Shown: positions 10,498-21,273, counted from the first letter of the stretch. The stretch is DNA of 64,000 bases from an uncultured Methanosarcinaceae archaeon (GCA_963721455.1 CAVRJG010000039.1:96001-160000), one strand, 5' to 3'. Numbers and translations are program-made. The notes: a model not told the origin generated them from the letters alone.

Positions 10498-11784
10498 TTA
10501 TTTTGCGAGGTTGTAGCTCTGGTTGACGATCTTCAGGGCGCAGTAGTTGCCGCACATTGTGCAGGCGTCTGTGTCTTCGGGTGCCCTGCTGGCCCTGACT
10601 GCTCTTGCATGTTCGGGGTCGATTGCAAGGGAGTACATCTTTTCCCAGTCAAGTTCTCTTCTTGCTCTGCCCATCGCGAGGTCCTGTTCTCTTGCTCTGT
10701 CCGGGTACTTTACCATATCCCCTACGTGAGCTGCAATCCTTGAGGTCTTGACCCCGGTGATGACATCTTCGAGGTTTGGAAGGGCAAGGTGCTCTGCAGG
10801 AGTCACGTAGCAGAGGAAGTCACAGCCATGTGATGCAGCTATGGAGGCTCCGATTGCGGTTACGATGTGGTCGTAGCCGGGTGCAATGTCAGTTACAAGC
10901 GGGCCGAGCATGTAGAAGGGCTTATGGCCGCTCATTTCCTTCATGAGTTTTACGTTGGTTTCTATCTGGTCGAGCGGGACGTGGCCAGGACCTTCGACAA
11001 TGACCTGCAGACCCTGTTTGTGGGCTTTATCGGCCAGTTCGGCGTTGATTACGAGTTCCTGGATCTGGGCACGGTCAGTTGCGTCGTGAACTGCACCTGC
11101 ACGCATTCCATTTCCTGTGGAGAGTACAACTTCATGTTCCTTGAGGATTTCAACAAGGTAATCGAAGTTGGCATAGAGCGGGTTTTCCTTTTCGTTGTGG
11201 AGCATCCAGGAAGTCATGAAGGCTCCGCCGCGGGAACAGAGACCGCCGTACCTGCCGTGGGCTTTGAGCCGGTCCATAGTAATATTGTTAATCCCTGTGT
11301 GGATTGCCATAAAGTTGGTCCCGAGCTTTGCCTGGTCTTCGGTCGCCTTGAAGAGTTCTTCTTCGGTCATATGCACAATTGAGCCGTACTTCCTTGCGGC
11401 TTCAATGAAAGCCTGGTAGAGAGGCACTGAACCGACTGAAAGGGAAATGCTGTCAATGACCATTTTCCTGATTGCGAGGAAGTCTCCACCAGTCCCGAGC
11501 TCCATAAGGGTGTCTGCGCCTGCGGCTTCCGCTGCCTTGGCTTTCTCGACTTCCATATTTGGATCAACAATGTCTGAGGATACACCGATGGACGCGTTGA
11601 CCTTGGTCCTGAGCCCTTCTCCGATACCGCAGAGCTTTACCTGCCTGTAGGGGGAAGTTGGAATAACGATTCTTCCGGCTGCAATACCACGGCGGATAAA
11701 TTCAGGGTCAAGTCCTTCATTCTTTGCAACGACCTTCATCTCTTCGGTGATTATTCCTTTTTGAGCATCTTCCACAATTGTCAT
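10498..11784 (-). CDS. thiC: ThiC family radical SAM enzyme (phosphomethylpyrimidine synthase or Bza paralog)
   Basis: TKVNASIG, SRGG, EGPGHVP, GPLVTDIAPGYDH, YVTPAEHL and CTMCGNYC motifs. Confidence 0.9.
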   Translation of the reverse strand: MTIVEDAQKGIITEEMKVVAKNEGLDPEFIRRGIAAGRIVIPTSPYRQVKLCGIGEGLRTKVNASIGVSSDIVDPNMEVEKAKAAEAAGADTLMELGTGGDFLAIRKMVIDSISLSVGSVPLYQAFIEAARKYGSIVHMTEEELFKATEDQAKLGTNFMAIHTGINNITMDRLKAHGRYGGLCSRGGAFMTSWMLHNEKENPLYANFDYLVEILKEHEVVLSTGNGMRAGAVHDATDRAQIQELVINAELADKAHKQGLQVIVEGPGHVPLDQIETNVKLMKEMSGHKPFYMLGPLVTDIAPGYDHIVTAIGASIAASHGCDFLCYVTPAEHLALPNLEDVITGVKTSRIAAHVGDMVKYPDRAREQDLAMGRARRELDWEKMYSLAIDPEHARAVRASRAPEDTDACTMCGNYCALKIVNQSYNLAK

Positions 11785-11809
11785 ATTATTAACCTCAAGC
11801 TTTCTATCA

Positions 11810-11855
11810 TCTGTAACAGGTGTCTGTAAGATTAATCTGTAAGATTAGTCTGTAA
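11810..11855. repeat. Four TCTGTAA direct repeats with 13-bp period in the thiC leader
   Basis: TCTGTAA at 11810, 11823, 11836 and 11849. Confidence 0.75.
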
Positions 11856-12171
11856 CTAAGGTAAAAGTGAGCTAGACCAGAAAATGCGCGTAATTATATA
11901 TAACACTATTTAAAAAACTAACTTTAACCTTAATCAACTTTACTTTACTTCAATGCCCATTGATATTGAAAAATATAAGGGATATGATTAAAATAAATAT
12001 TTTATAAAGAAATTGTAAAGTTGTTTTGAGGAAAGAACAAGTAAAGTTGTTTTATTGGAATCTGAGGAAAGTTGAATGATCAAAGATAGTCAAAAAAATA
12101 ATAACCTAAAATTCCCGGACTTTCCCCCGGCAAATTGAAGGATATCTTAAAACCGTTTTTAAGAGATCTCC

Positions 12172-13089
12172 TTACTTCCCGTGTTTATTTAATTCCTGAA
12201 TTAAATGGATTGTTTGCCTGTGGAGGGTTAATATAAAATCACTCAAAATTCCGAAGATGAACATCTGAAAGCCGAATATAATTAGCAGGGTTGTAAGAAT
12301 GGAAAGCGGAATACGTGTGATTCCCTGAAGCCACTGGACTACCACAAAGGTTCCTGTAAACAGGCCTGCCAGGATTAAGACAGAGCCTATGATTCCAAAG
12401 TAAAACATGGGATTATGCATTTTTGCAAGCCTGTAGATAGTAGACCCGATTCTGAACCCGTCTTTTACCGGATTTAGCTTGGTTGCGCCTTTTTCGCTTC
12501 TGGGGAGGTAAGTAATCGGGACTTCTTCAACCCTCTGCTTTTTAAGAATGCATTCCACAGAGATTTCGGTCTCGATTTCAAAGCCTGTCTTGTTAAGTTC
12601 AAGTTCCCTCATACTCTCAAGCGTAAACGCACGGTAACCTGAGAGAATGTCTTTTAAATTCACTCCATACGCAACGTCAAAAAACATGTTTATTAGACGG
12701 TTGCCCACGAGGTTAAGCTTTGTAAAAGCTCCAGGAGAGTAATTTCCCAGCCGGTTGCCTATAACATGGTCGGCTCTGCCTTCCAGAACAGGCTTGAGGA
12801 CAGAACGAGCCTCCCGGGCAAGATACGTTCCGTCGCCATCAATCATTACCACGTAAGGGCTCTCTATAAGCTCGAAAGCCTGGATCATTGCCTGCCCTTT
12901 ACCTTTTCCGGTCTGCATGACAACTCTTGCGCCTTCAGCCTCTGCAATTTGCCCTGTGCCGTCCCTGCTGTTTCCGTCGATCACCAGGATGTTGGAAAAG
13001 CCTTCTTTCCTGAAGTCCTTGATAAGCTGCCCTATTGTTGCAGCTTCGTTCAGGGTGGGAACAAGAATGCAAACATCTGCGCTGTTCAC
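12172..13089 (-). CDS. aglJ: GT2 glycosyltransferase, AglJ-like (dolichol-phosphate hexosyltransferase)
   Basis: LVPTLNEA, VIDGNSRDGT, MIDGDGTY, DILSGYRAF and FEIETE motifs; two C-terminal TM helices. Confidence 0.85.
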   Translation of the reverse strand: MNSADVCILVPTLNEAATIGQLIKDFRKEGFSNILVIDGNSRDGTGQIAEAEGARVVMQTGKGKGQAMIQAFELIESPYVVMIDGDGTYLAREARSVLKPVLEGRADHVIGNRLGNYSPGAFTKLNLVGNRLINMFFDVAYGVNLKDILSGYRAFTLESMRELELNKTGFEIETEISVECILKKQRVEEVPITYLPRSEKGATKLNPVKDGFRIGSTIYRLAKMHNPMFYFGIIGSVLILAGLFTGTFVVVQWLQGITRIPLSILTTLLIIFGFQMFIFGILSDFILTLHRQTIHLIQELNKHGK

Positions 13090-13218
13090 GTTTCACACAT
13101 ATCCTTTGCGGAACCTCTACACGTGCCGCAGAATCCGTTTTATTGTAAAATATATCAGTTTTCCTATTTCCATAGAAAGGAGCCCGAAAAGGGGTATATT
13201 GTAATAGATTGAAGGCTC

Positions 13219-13770
13219 TTATAAGAGCCCCATGTTGTCGAGCTGCTGGCGGACGACTTCGACACCCTCCTCACAATTCTCAGGGGTTTTGCCGCCTGTA
13301 ACAACCAGTTTTCCGGAGCTGAAGATAAGCACAACTACCTTGGGCACATCGATTCTGTACACAAGGCCAGGGAACTGTTCGGGCTCATATTCGATGTTTT
13401 CAAGCCCAAGCCCTATTGCAATTGCATTGAGGTTCAAAATAGTGTGCAGGTCTGCGGAAGCAACAATATTCTGGACAGTAATCTGGGGGTTCTCCAAGGT
13501 CTTGATCCCGATGCCGTTCAGCTTTTTCGCCATGTTGCCTATAACTGTGTGCACGTCGGCAACGTTTTTTGCCCCTGTACAGACAACCTTGCCGGAAGTA
13601 AAGACCAGGAATGCAGCTTTAGGGTCCGTAACCCTGTAGACGAGTCCGGGAAACTTCTGCTTGTTGTACTCAGCTCCTTCGAACTCGGATTCGATAACAA
13701 GTAAATCGAATTCTTCAGCGAGTTTGGTGGATGCGACCACGTTTTCGATCTTGATGCTAGATTCGCTCAT
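13219..13770 (-). CDS. tbp: TATA-box binding protein
   Basis: Two TBP repeats (IENVVAS...FPGLVYR...[10 protein letters not shown]; VQNIVAS...[12 protein letters not shown]...[10 protein letters not shown]). Confidence 0.98.
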   Translation of the reverse strand: MSESSIKIENVVASTKLAEEFDLLVIESEFEGAEYNKQKFPGLVYRVTDPKAAFLVFTSGKVVCTGAKNVADVHTVIGNMAKKLNGIGIKTLENPQITVQNIVASADLHTILNLNAIAIGLGLENIEYEPEQFPGLVYRIDVPKVVVLIFSSGKLVVTGGKTPENCEEGVEVVRQQLDNMGLL

Positions 13771-13962
13771 TAGTCAACCCTCAGTATATAAAGCAAAGGT
13801 AATATTCTCTACCCAGTATATAAAGCTATAGTCAAATACTCTGCTTACTATATAAAGCATTTATATATAGGATATAATGAGACAGAAAAACTTAAATTTT
13901 GGGCGCCCGTAATTTCAAAGAAATTGGGCAAGAAGGGGTAGCCATACTGTATTTCAGGCGTC

Positions 13963-15087
13963 TCAGTCCTCAAGTTTTTTCAGACCTTGAAGAATAGCAT
14001 CATATTTTGTGCAGACTCTCTTGAAAAGGTCGCCTTCCACGCTGCGGTGAGTGGGTATAAGGATTTGAGCCCCTGTCTCTATTTTTACCCCGCTCCTTGA
14101 AGTCCCATAGTCGGGAGCAACGAGGACACCGTCTGCGGAAATTCCGAGGGAGAGGTCGTTTATGACCTTTGAGACCATCTCAGTTGCCGGTTTTACCTTC
14201 ATCTCAATAAACACAGCGGAAGAGACATACCTTTCCCTGGTCTCCCGAATCTTCTTAATAGTATCTTCCACGGTTTTAGGGTCCACTTCATCGGGAAGTT
14301 CTTCAGCAAGTAAAGAAATCGCTTCTATGAGATCTTCAAAAGTTGTTGAATGCATTTCAAGGATTTCTCCGTCGCAGTACTGCCGTACGGTATCAGAGTA
14401 ACCGGCCGAGACAACCAGCACTTCCGCCTCAAGCAAGCGGGAGATCTCCTCCTTCGAAGGTGAATAGGCATTGGCCACAAAGTATTCCTTGATCCCGCAC
14501 ATGCTCATGAGAGATTCATACATCGGAGTCACGGCAATAGTCTTTTTTCCGATCCACAGGTTGATCTCACTCTGCCCGCCCTGGGACCTCAAAAGTTCAA
14601 GGATTTTCTCCTTTATGGCTTTCGGGTCGTTTCTCTTAAGCCCGAAATAATCTGCAAAAAGAGAAGTTGTGGAAAGCTGCCTGCTCCTTCCGCAGGGCAC
14701 GGACTCTACAAACCCCCGCTCTATAAGGTCCTTTATATGATCATAGGCTCCGCTTCCCCTCATATCAATAAGGTCTGACTGGAGCAGAGGCTGGTGATAG
14801 GCAATCATGGAAAGAGTGCGAAGTTTCGGGGCTGAAAGCTCTTTTGGGGCAACTTCCCGCATAAGTTCAGAATATTCGGGCTTGACCTGCATGACGTAAC
14901 GATCCCCAAGGTCAAGGATCTCAATGCCCGAGCCCCTGGAAGAGTAAGCCTCCGTCAGTTCCTGTACTGCCGAAAGGACGGCTTTTTTGGGCTTTCCTGT
15001 AATTTTCGCAAGCTTCTCGAGGCTTACTGCCCTGCCGGCAGCAAAAAGTGCTGCTTCGATAATCTCAAGCATCTCAAGCTCACTCAT
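13963..15087 (-). CDS. scpB: Segregation and condensation protein B with long C-terminal extension
   Basis: IIEAALFAAG, LRTLSMIAYHQP and TTSLFADYFGL motifs; in operon with smc and scpA. Confidence 0.92.
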   Translation of the reverse strand: MSELEMLEIIEAALFAAGRAVSLEKLAKITGKPKKAVLSAVQELTEAYSSRGSGIEILDLGDRYVMQVKPEYSELMREVAPKELSAPKLRTLSMIAYHQPLLQSDLIDMRGSGAYDHIKDLIERGFVESVPCGRSRQLSTTSLFADYFGLKRNDPKAIKEKILELLRSQGGQSEINLWIGKKTIAVTPMYESLMSMCGIKEYFVANAYSPSKEEISRLLEAEVLVVSAGYSDTVRQYCDGEILEMHSTTFEDLIEAISLLAEELPDEVDPKTVEDTIKKIRETRERYVSSAVFIEMKVKPATEMVSKVINDLSLGISADGVLVAPDYGTSRSGVKIETGAQILIPTHRSVEGDLFKRVCTKYDAILQGLKKLED

Positions 15088-15200
15088 AAATTTCACTTCC
15101 AGAAAAAGAATAAAAACATTCTTCAATCAGGTTAACTGTTAGTCAGGCGGATTTCAATCAAACGGATTTGCTTTTACAGGTTTCGATCAGGGTTAATATC

Positions 15201-16220
15201 TCAAAGTGAGGTTTTCTGAGGTTCTTCGCCCGGGTTCTCATGCAAAGGCACCTCACCTGTAAAACCTGTTTCCGAGGAGCCCTTGATTTGAGGCCCTGAT
15301 ATTTCAGCTTTTGATTCTAACTTTATCTCATGGAAAAGAGATGGGTTGCCCTCAGTGGAAAATCCGGATTCCTCTCCCGGATATATATATAGTTCCTCGA
15401 AAAGTTCATTCTGGAAAAGCCAGATCTTCCTGTTTGAAGCAAGAAAGAGAAGAGAGAGATAATCCATAATCCTATCTTCACTTGTTTCCAGGAAGCTGGA
15501 AAAAACTACTACAGGCTGCGCCATAAACAGTTCAGCAAGCCTGGCCCAGATAAGTGCCAGCCGCAAGCTTATGGTTTCTTCATGCGCAATACCCAGGACG
15601 TCTCCTGTAGTAAGTTGAGGGCCATGATGAGGTTTTTCTGCAATCTGGAGGGCTTTCTTTTCATTTCTTCTGGAGAGGCTTTTTTCTGCTTTCTTGAGTT
15701 CAAAAATCAGTTCGTTGAGTGTAACAGGTCTTGTGGAAACGCGGCGGACAGGAAGCTTCGGGATAGGAAACTCCCCGGGCTCAGGAAAATCCTGATCATC
15801 GAGAAAATCAGAATCAAACTCATCGGCTTCTTCCTTCTCTACCTCGAGGATTCCCGAGGATTTCATGCGAAGAAGGATAGCAGAATAAAGAAGTGTTCTT
15901 GAGGAAATTCTGAGGTCCATTTTCTCGAGCTTTTCCACCCTTCCCAGAAAACTGTCAGTCAGCTGTACAATATCTATATCCCAGGGGTCGATCTTCCCAT
16001 CCTGAGCAAGCTCAACCAGTATGCCCAGGGGTTCATAGGTCTCAAACTCCGAAATATCAAGCAGGTTCCAATCAATTCCAAGACATGAAAGAGTAGTTGG
16101 AAGCCCGTACGTTTCGGGGTCCTCAAAAAGAGAGTTGTTTTCCCTGGATTCACGAACAGTGAGAGCCTGAAGTCGGGGGACTTCCAGCGCTGCTCCCACA
16201 TTATCCATAAGTTCAGCCAT
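15201..16220 (-). CDS. scpA: Segregation and condensation protein A (kleisin)
   Basis: IDPWDIDIVQLTD, SAILLRMKS and YLSLLFL...QNELFEELY motifs; overlaps the smc stop. Confidence 0.92.
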   Translation of the reverse strand: MAELMDNVGAALEVPRLQALTVRESRENNSLFEDPETYGLPTTLSCLGIDWNLLDISEFETYEPLGILVELAQDGKIDPWDIDIVQLTDSFLGRVEKLEKMDLRISSRTLLYSAILLRMKSSGILEVEKEEADEFDSDFLDDQDFPEPGEFPIPKLPVRRVSTRPVTLNELIFELKKAEKSLSRRNEKKALQIAEKPHHGPQLTTGDVLGIAHEETISLRLALIWARLAELFMAQPVVVFSSFLETSEDRIMDYLSLLFLASNRKIWLFQNELFEELYIYPGEESGFSTEGNPSLFHEIKLESKAEISGPQIKGSSETGFTGEVPLHENPGEEPQKTSL

Positions 16221-19200
16221 TAAGCTTCACTCCGGTAATGCTCGTGATATTATTTTCCTGCATTGTAACCCCTATTGTCCTGTTTGCGGCCTGGATCATG
16301 GGTTTTCTCAAGGAAACAACAATGAACTGGACTTTTGACCCTGAGGTTTTAACACGCCTTGAAACCCTTTCCACGTTCTGGCCATCAAGGAACATATCAA
16401 TCTCATCAAAAGCATAGAAAGGAGCAGGACGGTATTGCTGGATCGCAAAGATGAAAGCAAGAGCTGTAAGGCTTTTTTCTCCTCCGGACATGGCTTCGAT
16501 CCGCTGGAGAGTTTTTTCTTTGGGCTGGGCCCGGAGGGTCATCCCTCCTGTAAAAGGGTCGTCAGGATCTTCAAGCAAGAGTTCACCCATGCCGTCGGAA
16601 AGCTCATGGAAAATGTCCCTGAAATTGGCATTAATGCTTGTATAGGCTTCCATAAAGGCATCCCGCTTTAGCTGCTCATACTGGCCGATACGCTCAAGGA
16701 GTTGCTCTCTCTCGGAAAAAAGAGTATCCCGCTTTCCCTGCAGGTCTGAAAGCCTGAGTTCGACCTCATTGTACTCGTCAATTGCCCTCATATTTACGGG
16801 CTCAAGCCGTCGGAGGGCCTCTTCGATTGCCTGAATCCGCATGTAAACGGTTTCGTAGTTCGGAACCTCATCGGTCTCCTCTATGCCTCTTCTCAGGACT
16901 TCTTCCATGAACTGCTTTTCCTGGTCAAGAAGAGCGTTTCTTGTAGCTGTAAGCGTAAGCACCTGTTGTTTTGCCTTTTCAAGCGTAGTTGCGGCAATAT
17001 TCACCCTGCGCTTCACAGCACTGTGTTCGGCCTGGACACTCTCTCTTTCTTTCTGCAGCCCTCGAAGTTCATCGGAAAGTTCAAGCTCCCTTGTCTTCTT
17101 TTCTTCGAGCTTTTCCTCAAGTTCCCTGATTTTTGTTTTGAGGGAGGTTACTTTTTCCAGCCTTGAGGCTTTCTTTTCATCAAGGTCCCTGATTAGTTCC
17201 TTTGCTTCTGCAATTTTCTGTTCGGCATACTCTTTTTCAAGCTGAAGAGCATTCAGGCTGGCTTCAGTATCCCGGATTCGACCGTCGAGCCGCCGGAGTT
17301 CCTCGTCAACGAATTCGATTTTTTTATTGATCTCAGGCAGAGGAGAGTCAGCAAGTTTTGCTTCAAGTCCGGAAATCTGCACTTCAAGTTTAGATGCAGC
17401 CCCTTCTTTATCGGCTTTTTCCGCAATTACCCTGTCCATTTCAACCCTGAGTTCGGTTCTGGACTCCTCGATTGCTTTGAGGTCTGCCTGTTTAGCTTCG
17501 AGAAGTTCTGCAAGTTTGGCTTCCCTGCCTGCAATTTCCTCAAGCTGGAGTTCCTTTCGCGAAATCGTAGCCTCACAGTCCCGGATTTTCCGGCTCAACT
17601 CGAAAAGGTGGCTTTCAATACTGTCCTGTTTGCCTATGGCTGCATTCCGGCTTGCATCCAGGGACTTGATCTCGTCTGCAAGTTCAAGAAGTTTGTCCCT
17701 TTCTGCGGCTGCAAAAGAAATTCCCGACTTAGAAGAGATGGACCCTCCAACCATTGCCCCGCTCTTCTCAAGGAGTTCGCCTTCAAGGGTGACCATTCTT
17801 GCCTTTCCCATAAGGCGGCGTGCACTTGCAAGGTCTTCCATGACAAGGGTATCCTGAAAGACATACCAGAAAGCAGGTTCAAAACCTGAATCAAATTCGA
17901 TAAGGTCAATTGCGTACCCTATTACTCCGTTTTCATAACTTAGATTTTCAAGCCGCCTGGATTCTCTCATTTTGTTGAGGGGAAGGAAAGTAGCTCGCCC
18001 TCCTTTTCTATGTTTCAGGTACTCAATTGCTTTGGCAGCATCGGCATCGGTATCTACAACAATTGCCTGCATCCGGTTTCCTGCGGCAATCTCCAGAGCT
18101 GTTGAATATCGCCGGTCTACTTTTCCCAGCTGGGCAATGGTGCCGTGAATTCCGAAGAGGTCTTCCTGCCGCGCAGCCCCGATTACCATCTCCACGGCTC
18201 TGGAATAGCTTCCTCCCTGCTCAGAAGCCCGGACTCTCGCCTCGGTGATGGCATATTCCTGCTGGAGGCCGTGAAGCTTGCTTTCAAGTTTCCTTATATC
18301 ATCCTTGATCCTGAAGTGGCTGCTTTCGATATCGTCACGGTCTCGAATAAGGGACTCCAGGTTTTCGGAGAGCTTTTCAATCTCATACCTCACAGAAAGC
18401 GTGTCACTGTCAGAAGTTGTAACCGCTGCTTCCGCATCCCCAATCTGGTTTTCGATATCCCTGAGTTCCGAGGATTTTCTCCTGAGGGTATCGAGAAGCC
18501 GGTCCTCGGCCCGGATGAGCTCGTTCTTCTCGTTCTTGATATCCTCAAGTTTCTTCCTGGCAGCCATGAGCTCATCCCTTGTCGCGGCAAACTTTGCATC
18601 CACATCTGCAATCCTGCTCTGGAGCAGCATGCGCTCTGTTTTGCGCTCGGAAAGCTCTGACGAGATGCTGTCCTTTCTCAGGTTTTCGGCTTCGATCTTC
18701 TCTTCAAGTCCCCTGACTTTGCCCTTGGTAGAATCGATCTCTATAAACGCTTTCCTGCGCCGCGAATCAGCTTCCTCAAGTTCGGATTCAGAAAGCTCGA
18801 TGCTGTCCACACAGCGCGAAATTTCTCCCCTGGTCTCTTCTATCTCCCTTTTGACCTGAAGCTGTTCATCCTCTCCTTTTTTCCGGATTTCAAGGGAAAG
18901 CTTTTCCAGAGCATCTTCAAGAGCCTGGAGTTCCTGCACCCTCTCGTTTAGCAAAGCCTGAACTTTCTCAAGGTGCTCTTCCTTTCCGACAAGCTCCTTA
19001 TCCACATTCTGCAGTTCGGTCCTCGCATCCTTGAGTTTAGAAAGCAGGACATAACCTTCAAATTTTGCTTTTTCAGCCTTAAGTGCCTGGTATTTTAAGG
19101 CCTGGTCGCGTTCCCCGGCCAGTTTTCCTAGCTGGATTCTTACTTCCTCAAGAATGATATCCACACGTTCGATCTGCTGCCTGACGATTTCAAGTTCTCC

Positions 19201-19740
19201 AAGTGCCTTTTGCTTGCGCTCGTCAAATTCTGCGACCCCTGCGATTTCGTCGATAATCTTTCGCCGTTCTACAGAGGTCATGGAGATGATCTGGGTAACG
19301 TCTCCCTGCATGACCACATTATAACCTTCAGGCGTCACCCCGGCTTTTGCAAGCTGAAAATGTATTTCTCCAAGGTTTACGGCTTTTCCGTTGAAATAAA
19401 AATAGCTATAGTACCCGCTTTTTGTTCGGCGGATTTTTCTTGAGACCTCGACCTCATCAAGATCTATAGGCAACTTGCGGTCGGAATTGTCAAAACGGAT
19501 CGTAACCTGGGCAAAATCAGGCTTTTTTGCCTCGTCGCCGTTGTAAATCAGGTCAGTAAGTTTCTCAGCCCGGAGAGTCCTGGAACTTGTAAGCCCGAGT
19601 GCAAAGAGAATCCCGTCTATGATGTTTGACTTTCCACTCCCATTTGGGCCGGAAATGGTGGTAAAGTCGTTGTAAAAGGAAACCTTTACTTTTTTTCCGA
19701 AGGATTTGAAATTGACGAATTCGATCTCTTTTATATACAC
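16213..19740 (-). CDS. smc: Chromosome segregation ATPase SMC
   Basis: GTG start (VYIKEIEFVNFKSF), Walker A GPNGSGKS, hinge GGRATFLPL, signature MSGGEKS, Walker B FDEID. Confidence 0.98.
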   Translation of the reverse strand: MYIKEIEFVNFKSFGKKVKVSFYNDFTTISGPNGSGKSNIIDGILFALGLTSSRTLRAEKLTDLIYNGDEAKKPDFAQVTIRFDNSDRKLPIDLDEVEVSRKIRRTKSGYYSYFYFNGKAVNLGEIHFQLAKAGVTPEGYNVVMQGDVTQIISMTSVERRKIIDEIAGVAEFDERKQKALGELEIVRQQIERVDIILEEVRIQLGKLAGERDQALKYQALKAEKAKFEGYVLLSKLKDARTELQNVDKELVGKEEHLEKVQALLNERVQELQALEDALEKLSLEIRKKGEDEQLQVKREIEETRGEISRCVDSIELSESELEEADSRRRKAFIEIDSTKGKVRGLEEKIEAENLRKDSISSELSERKTERMLLQSRIADVDAKFAATRDELMAARKKLEDIKNEKNELIRAEDRLLDTLRRKSSELRDIENQIGDAEAAVTTSDSDTLSVRYEIEKLSENLESLIRDRDDIESSHFRIKDDIRKLESKLHGLQQEYAITEARVRASEQGGSYSRAVEMVIGAARQEDLFGIHGTIAQLGKVDRRYSTALEIAAGNRMQAIVVDTDADAAKAIEYLKHRKGGRATFLPLNKMRESRRLENLSYENGVIGYAIDLIEFDSGFEPAFWYVFQDTLVMEDLASARRLMGKARMVTLEGELLEKSGAMVGGSISSKSGISFAAAERDKLLELADEIKSLDASRNAAIGKQDSIESHLFELSRKIRDCEATISRKELQLEEIAGREAKLAELLEAKQADLKAIEESRTELRVEMDRVIAEKADKEGAASKLEVQISGLEAKLADSPLPEINKKIEFVDEELRRLDGRIRDTEASLNALQLEKEYAEQKIAEAKELIRDLDEKKASRLEKVTSLKTKIRELEEKLEEKKTRELELSDELRGLQKERESVQAEHSAVKRRVNIAATTLEKAKQQVLTLTATRNALLDQEKQFMEEVLRRGIEETDEVPNYETVYMRIQAIEEALRRLEPVNMRAIDEYNEVELRLSDLQGKRDTLFSEREQLLERIGQYEQLKRDAFMEAYTSINANFRDIFHELSDGMGELLLEDPDDPFTGGMTLRAQPKEKTLQRIEAMSGGEKSLTALAFIFAIQQYRPAPFYAFDEIDMFLDGQNVERVSRRVKTSGSKVQFIVVSLRKPMIQAANRTIGVTMQENNITSITGVKLNG

Positions 19741-19793
19741 AGGATGCCTCTGTAATTTCGCGTTTTTGAGGAAGTTTCTGTTTTTAAGCCTCG

Positions 19794-20783
19794 TTACGCC
19801 CGGGAATTTTTCCGGCTGCACGTGATGATTTCTGCATCTTCATTTTCCCGCATGTCCACGGACTCTTCTATGAAATGCTTTTTAGAGGTCTTTTCAGCGA
19901 TTATATATTCACACTTATAATCATCCGCAGGCCGGGCTCTCGAAGGGTCCATTCTGACAGGGGCAGGCGGTCTCACAGGGGATGACTGCCTTGGGGGCTG
20001 CTGCCTGGCAGGTTCGGTTCTGGCAGGTTCGGTTCTGGCAGGTTCGGTTCTGGCCGACGGCTGTTGCCTCACATTGCCTTTAAGCCGTCTTCTATCCCCG
20101 CTCTCTGCAATAATGTACTCACACTTTGTCTCAACTTCCTCTTTATCAAGTTCGGCTGGCTCGACTTCTCTGAGCTTCAGCTGGACTTTTGCACTTGTAC
20201 CTGGCAGGGGAGCAGGCGCTTCCCTGAATTCAATCAGTCTGCGTGCTGCAGGGTTTTCTTTTCGGGGGTCAGGGTTTTGTTTCGGCTTTCTGGAAAGAGG
20301 AGGAAGGTCCAGAGGATCTTCAGGAAGGGTAAGAGTAATAGAAGGAGAAGCAACCGTAGCGGCCTTTTTCACATCCTCCAGCCGCTTAGTGAGATTTCCT
20401 ATCTCAGTTTCCAGTTTCTTTATAAGCATTTTCTGATCAAGCAATTCGCGGACAAGGCCATCCTGAATGCCTGCAAATTCCCTCAGTTTCCGGTCAGCCA
20501 CTCCCGAATCATGTCCCTCGGATGTTTTCAATTCCATTCTCAATTCATTGAGGATTGAAGCCTTGAGTAAGGCAGGATTAGGGATTCCCATCAGCTCTGT
20601 CCTGATTTCGGAAAGAACCAGGTCCTTGATGGAGTCCCGATCTGAAACGTTTTCCGTTTCGGCCCGCAGTTCGTTGAGAACCGAAACCTTAATCGATTTC
20701 GTGAGAGTCTCGAGCTCCTCATAGGTTATTGACAGTCGCCTCTTAAGCGGTGTATTGTGCACGTCCCTCTGTCCAGTTCTCAT
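19794..20783 (-). CDS. Uncharacterised coiled-coil/disordered protein heading the smc operon
   Basis: GAGGT RBS; coiled-coil N-half; ARTEP x3 (15-bp tandem repeat at about 20005-20053); duplicated KCEYIIAE motif. Confidence 0.8.
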   Translation of the reverse strand: MRTGQRDVHNTPLKRRLSITYEELETLTKSIKVSVLNELRAETENVSDRDSIKDLVLSEIRTELMGIPNPALLKASILNELRMELKTSEGHDSGVADRKLREFAGIQDGLVRELLDQKMLIKKLETEIGNLTKRLEDVKKAATVASPSITLTLPEDPLDLPPLSRKPKQNPDPRKENPAARRLIEFREAPAPLPGTSAKVQLKLREVEPAELDKEEVETKCEYIIAESGDRRRLKGNVRQQPSARTEPARTEPARTEPARQQPPRQSSPVRPPAPVRMDPSRARPADDYKCEYIIAEKTSKKHFIEESVDMRENEDAEIITCSRKNSRA

Positions 20784-21220
20784 TAAAATACCTCTTATAA
20801 GAAATTCGGGTTCCGGTTTCCTGATTGCCTGCAGCTTTTTACCGGCAAGGCAGATCACCACAATTATAAATAAATTGATTCGCTCATGATAATTCAAACA
20901 ATATGTATAAAGTACATGTAATCTTGCTTTAAATATATATGGTAATCGATAGTATTTTCCGGCATGATATAACTTTCAATTAAATAATAATAAGAACCGC
21001 TTTATTAACCGTTCTGAAAATATATTATAGAAATCGGCTGAGAGGACAGGAAAAAGGATAAAAAAGAGAAGTTTCCAAAAACTAAAGGTGTGAATATGCG
21101 GAATGGTTAAAAACATATGGTGGAAACCTGGAATCGCCTGGAAAAAAGAACTGCTTTTCACACCACTGTCTGGAAAAATATTAACTAAGTAAGGAGACTT
21201 TTTACTTAAAAATGGACAAT

Positions 21221-21273
21221 GTGAACTACCCCTGAACTAAAGACTTCGGGGTTTTACGCTTCGTCCTATAAAA
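21221..21273. mobile_element. IS200/IS605-type end hairpin remnant (non-autonomous)
   Basis: GTGAACTACCCCTGAACTAAAGACTTCGGGGTTTTACGCTTC is an imperfect hairpin resembling IS200/IS605 subterminal palindromes; no tnpA or tnpB nearby. Confidence 0.5.
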
